Assembly (NCBI GenBank): GCA_963830325.1
Contig: CAWHMV010000019.1
Span: 17,168 to 81,167 of the forward strand
Source: an uncultured Acidobacteriaceae bacterium
GTDB lineage: Bacteria > Acidobacteriota > Terriglobia > Terriglobales > Acidobacteriaceae
Length of the DNA stretch: 64,000 nucleotides
Direction of reading: 5' to 3'
Made by a program: the position numbers and the translations under genes. This document shows positions 63,494 to 64,000 of the stretch, piece after piece. Within the stretch, counting starts at the first letter, position 1; every line of letters begins with the position of its first letter. The notes under the pieces were generated by a model. That model was not told the DNA's origin and made no database searches. It saw nothing but the letters and a program-made list of their open reading frames with translations.

Positions 63494-64000
63494 ATGGCAT
63501 TGGCTCGTTGGATGTTGGACGCATTCGGGCGAATCCAGATCAATAAGCATTGGGTACGGGTGCAAGGACACCAGATGCACTGCCTCCAGGCAGGCGCCGG
63601 CCCAGAGCTTATTTTGCTGCACGGCCTTCTCGGTACCGCCTCGACTTGGGAGATGACCGTCCCTCGCTTGGCCGAGGAGTCGACGATTTACGCTGTGGAT
63701 GCCCTAGGCATCGGCGAATCAGAGCGGGTGCCGGGCATCGATGCACGACTGGAAGCCCAGGCTAATCGGATGATTGAGTTTATGGATGAGTCAAACATCG
63801 GCGCGGCGGACTTTTTGGCCACCTCGCACGGTGGCGCCGTCGCTCTGACGCTGGCCGCGAAATACCCGCACCGGGTTAGAAATTTGTTGCTTCACGCCCC
63901 AGCGAACCCCTTCTCGCATCTCGGCGACCCTCTGATCAACTTCTATCTTTCGGGTTTGGGGACCTGGTTCGCGCATCGCATCGTCACCCTGCCCGCGTCC
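63494..64000 (+). CDS. Alpha/beta-fold hydrolase (C-terminus beyond the right window edge)
   Basis: Open at the window edge, so absent from the ORF track. Translation from ATG 63494: MALARWMLDAFGRIQINKHWVRVQGHQMHCLQAGAGPELILLHGLLGTASTWEMTVPRLAEESTIYAVDALGIGESERV...NIGAADFLATSHGGAVALTLAAKYPHRVRNLLLHAP. It contains the HG oxyanion motif and a nucleophile elbow of the form sm-x-Nu-x-sm (TSHGG). Confidence 0.75.
   Translation, partial: MALARWMLDAFGRIQINKHWVRVQGHQMHCLQAGAGPELILLHGLLGTASTWEMTVPRLAEESTIYAVDALGIGESERVPGIDARLEAQANRMIEFMDESNIGAADFLATSHGGAVALTLAAKYPHRVRNLLLHAPANPFSHLGDPLINFYLSGLGTWFAHRIVTLPAS

Overview
GC-rich chromosomal segment. Its gene content and repeat landscape look like an Acidobacteriota (Terriglobia-like) genome. 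Supporting genes are an Oar-type CarboxypepD_reg TonB-dependent receptor, a VWFA-related secreted protein, ThuA / Gfo-Idh-MocA / PmoA-like (DUF6807) modules, and a PQQ-type quinoprotein with its own cytochrome c. Housekeeping genes are also present (transaldolase, htpX, ychF, clpC, lolCE/lolD, MqnE/C, glutaryl-CoA dehydrogenase). I call 46 CDS. Two are open at the window edges and therefore absent from the ORF track. One is a small SD-preceded ORF. Many track starts were corrected. I saw no rRNA, tRNA, CRISPR array, integrase or transposase. Nearly every intergenic gap larger than about 150 bp is filled by palindromic, non-coding repeat families (at least five), and some are nested inside one another. 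I found no canonical defence or mobile system. The candidates most worth follow-up are: (1) an orphan terminase-small-subunit-like gene behind a 1.1-kb repeat-dense gap, convergent with a SWIM-SNF2 helicase; (2) a PDZ/GAF/PAS sensor kinase, sigma-54 activator, MlaE, MlaF transcription unit with no MlaD and with an overlapping small ORF at its head; (3) a GAF-ANTAR regulator flanked by an amino-acid permease and a Tat-exported amine oxidase; (4) a hydroxyproline-type catabolic cluster whose epimerase can only start at CTG and which contains an O-methyltransferase; (5) back-to-back consensus promoters bracketed by a perfect 17-bp inverted repeat; (6) the repeat families themselves, including a ~107-nt module with conserved stems, a compensatory base-pair change and diverged spacers. 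All functional calls come from reading the sequence and recognising motifs by eye. No database search was run.
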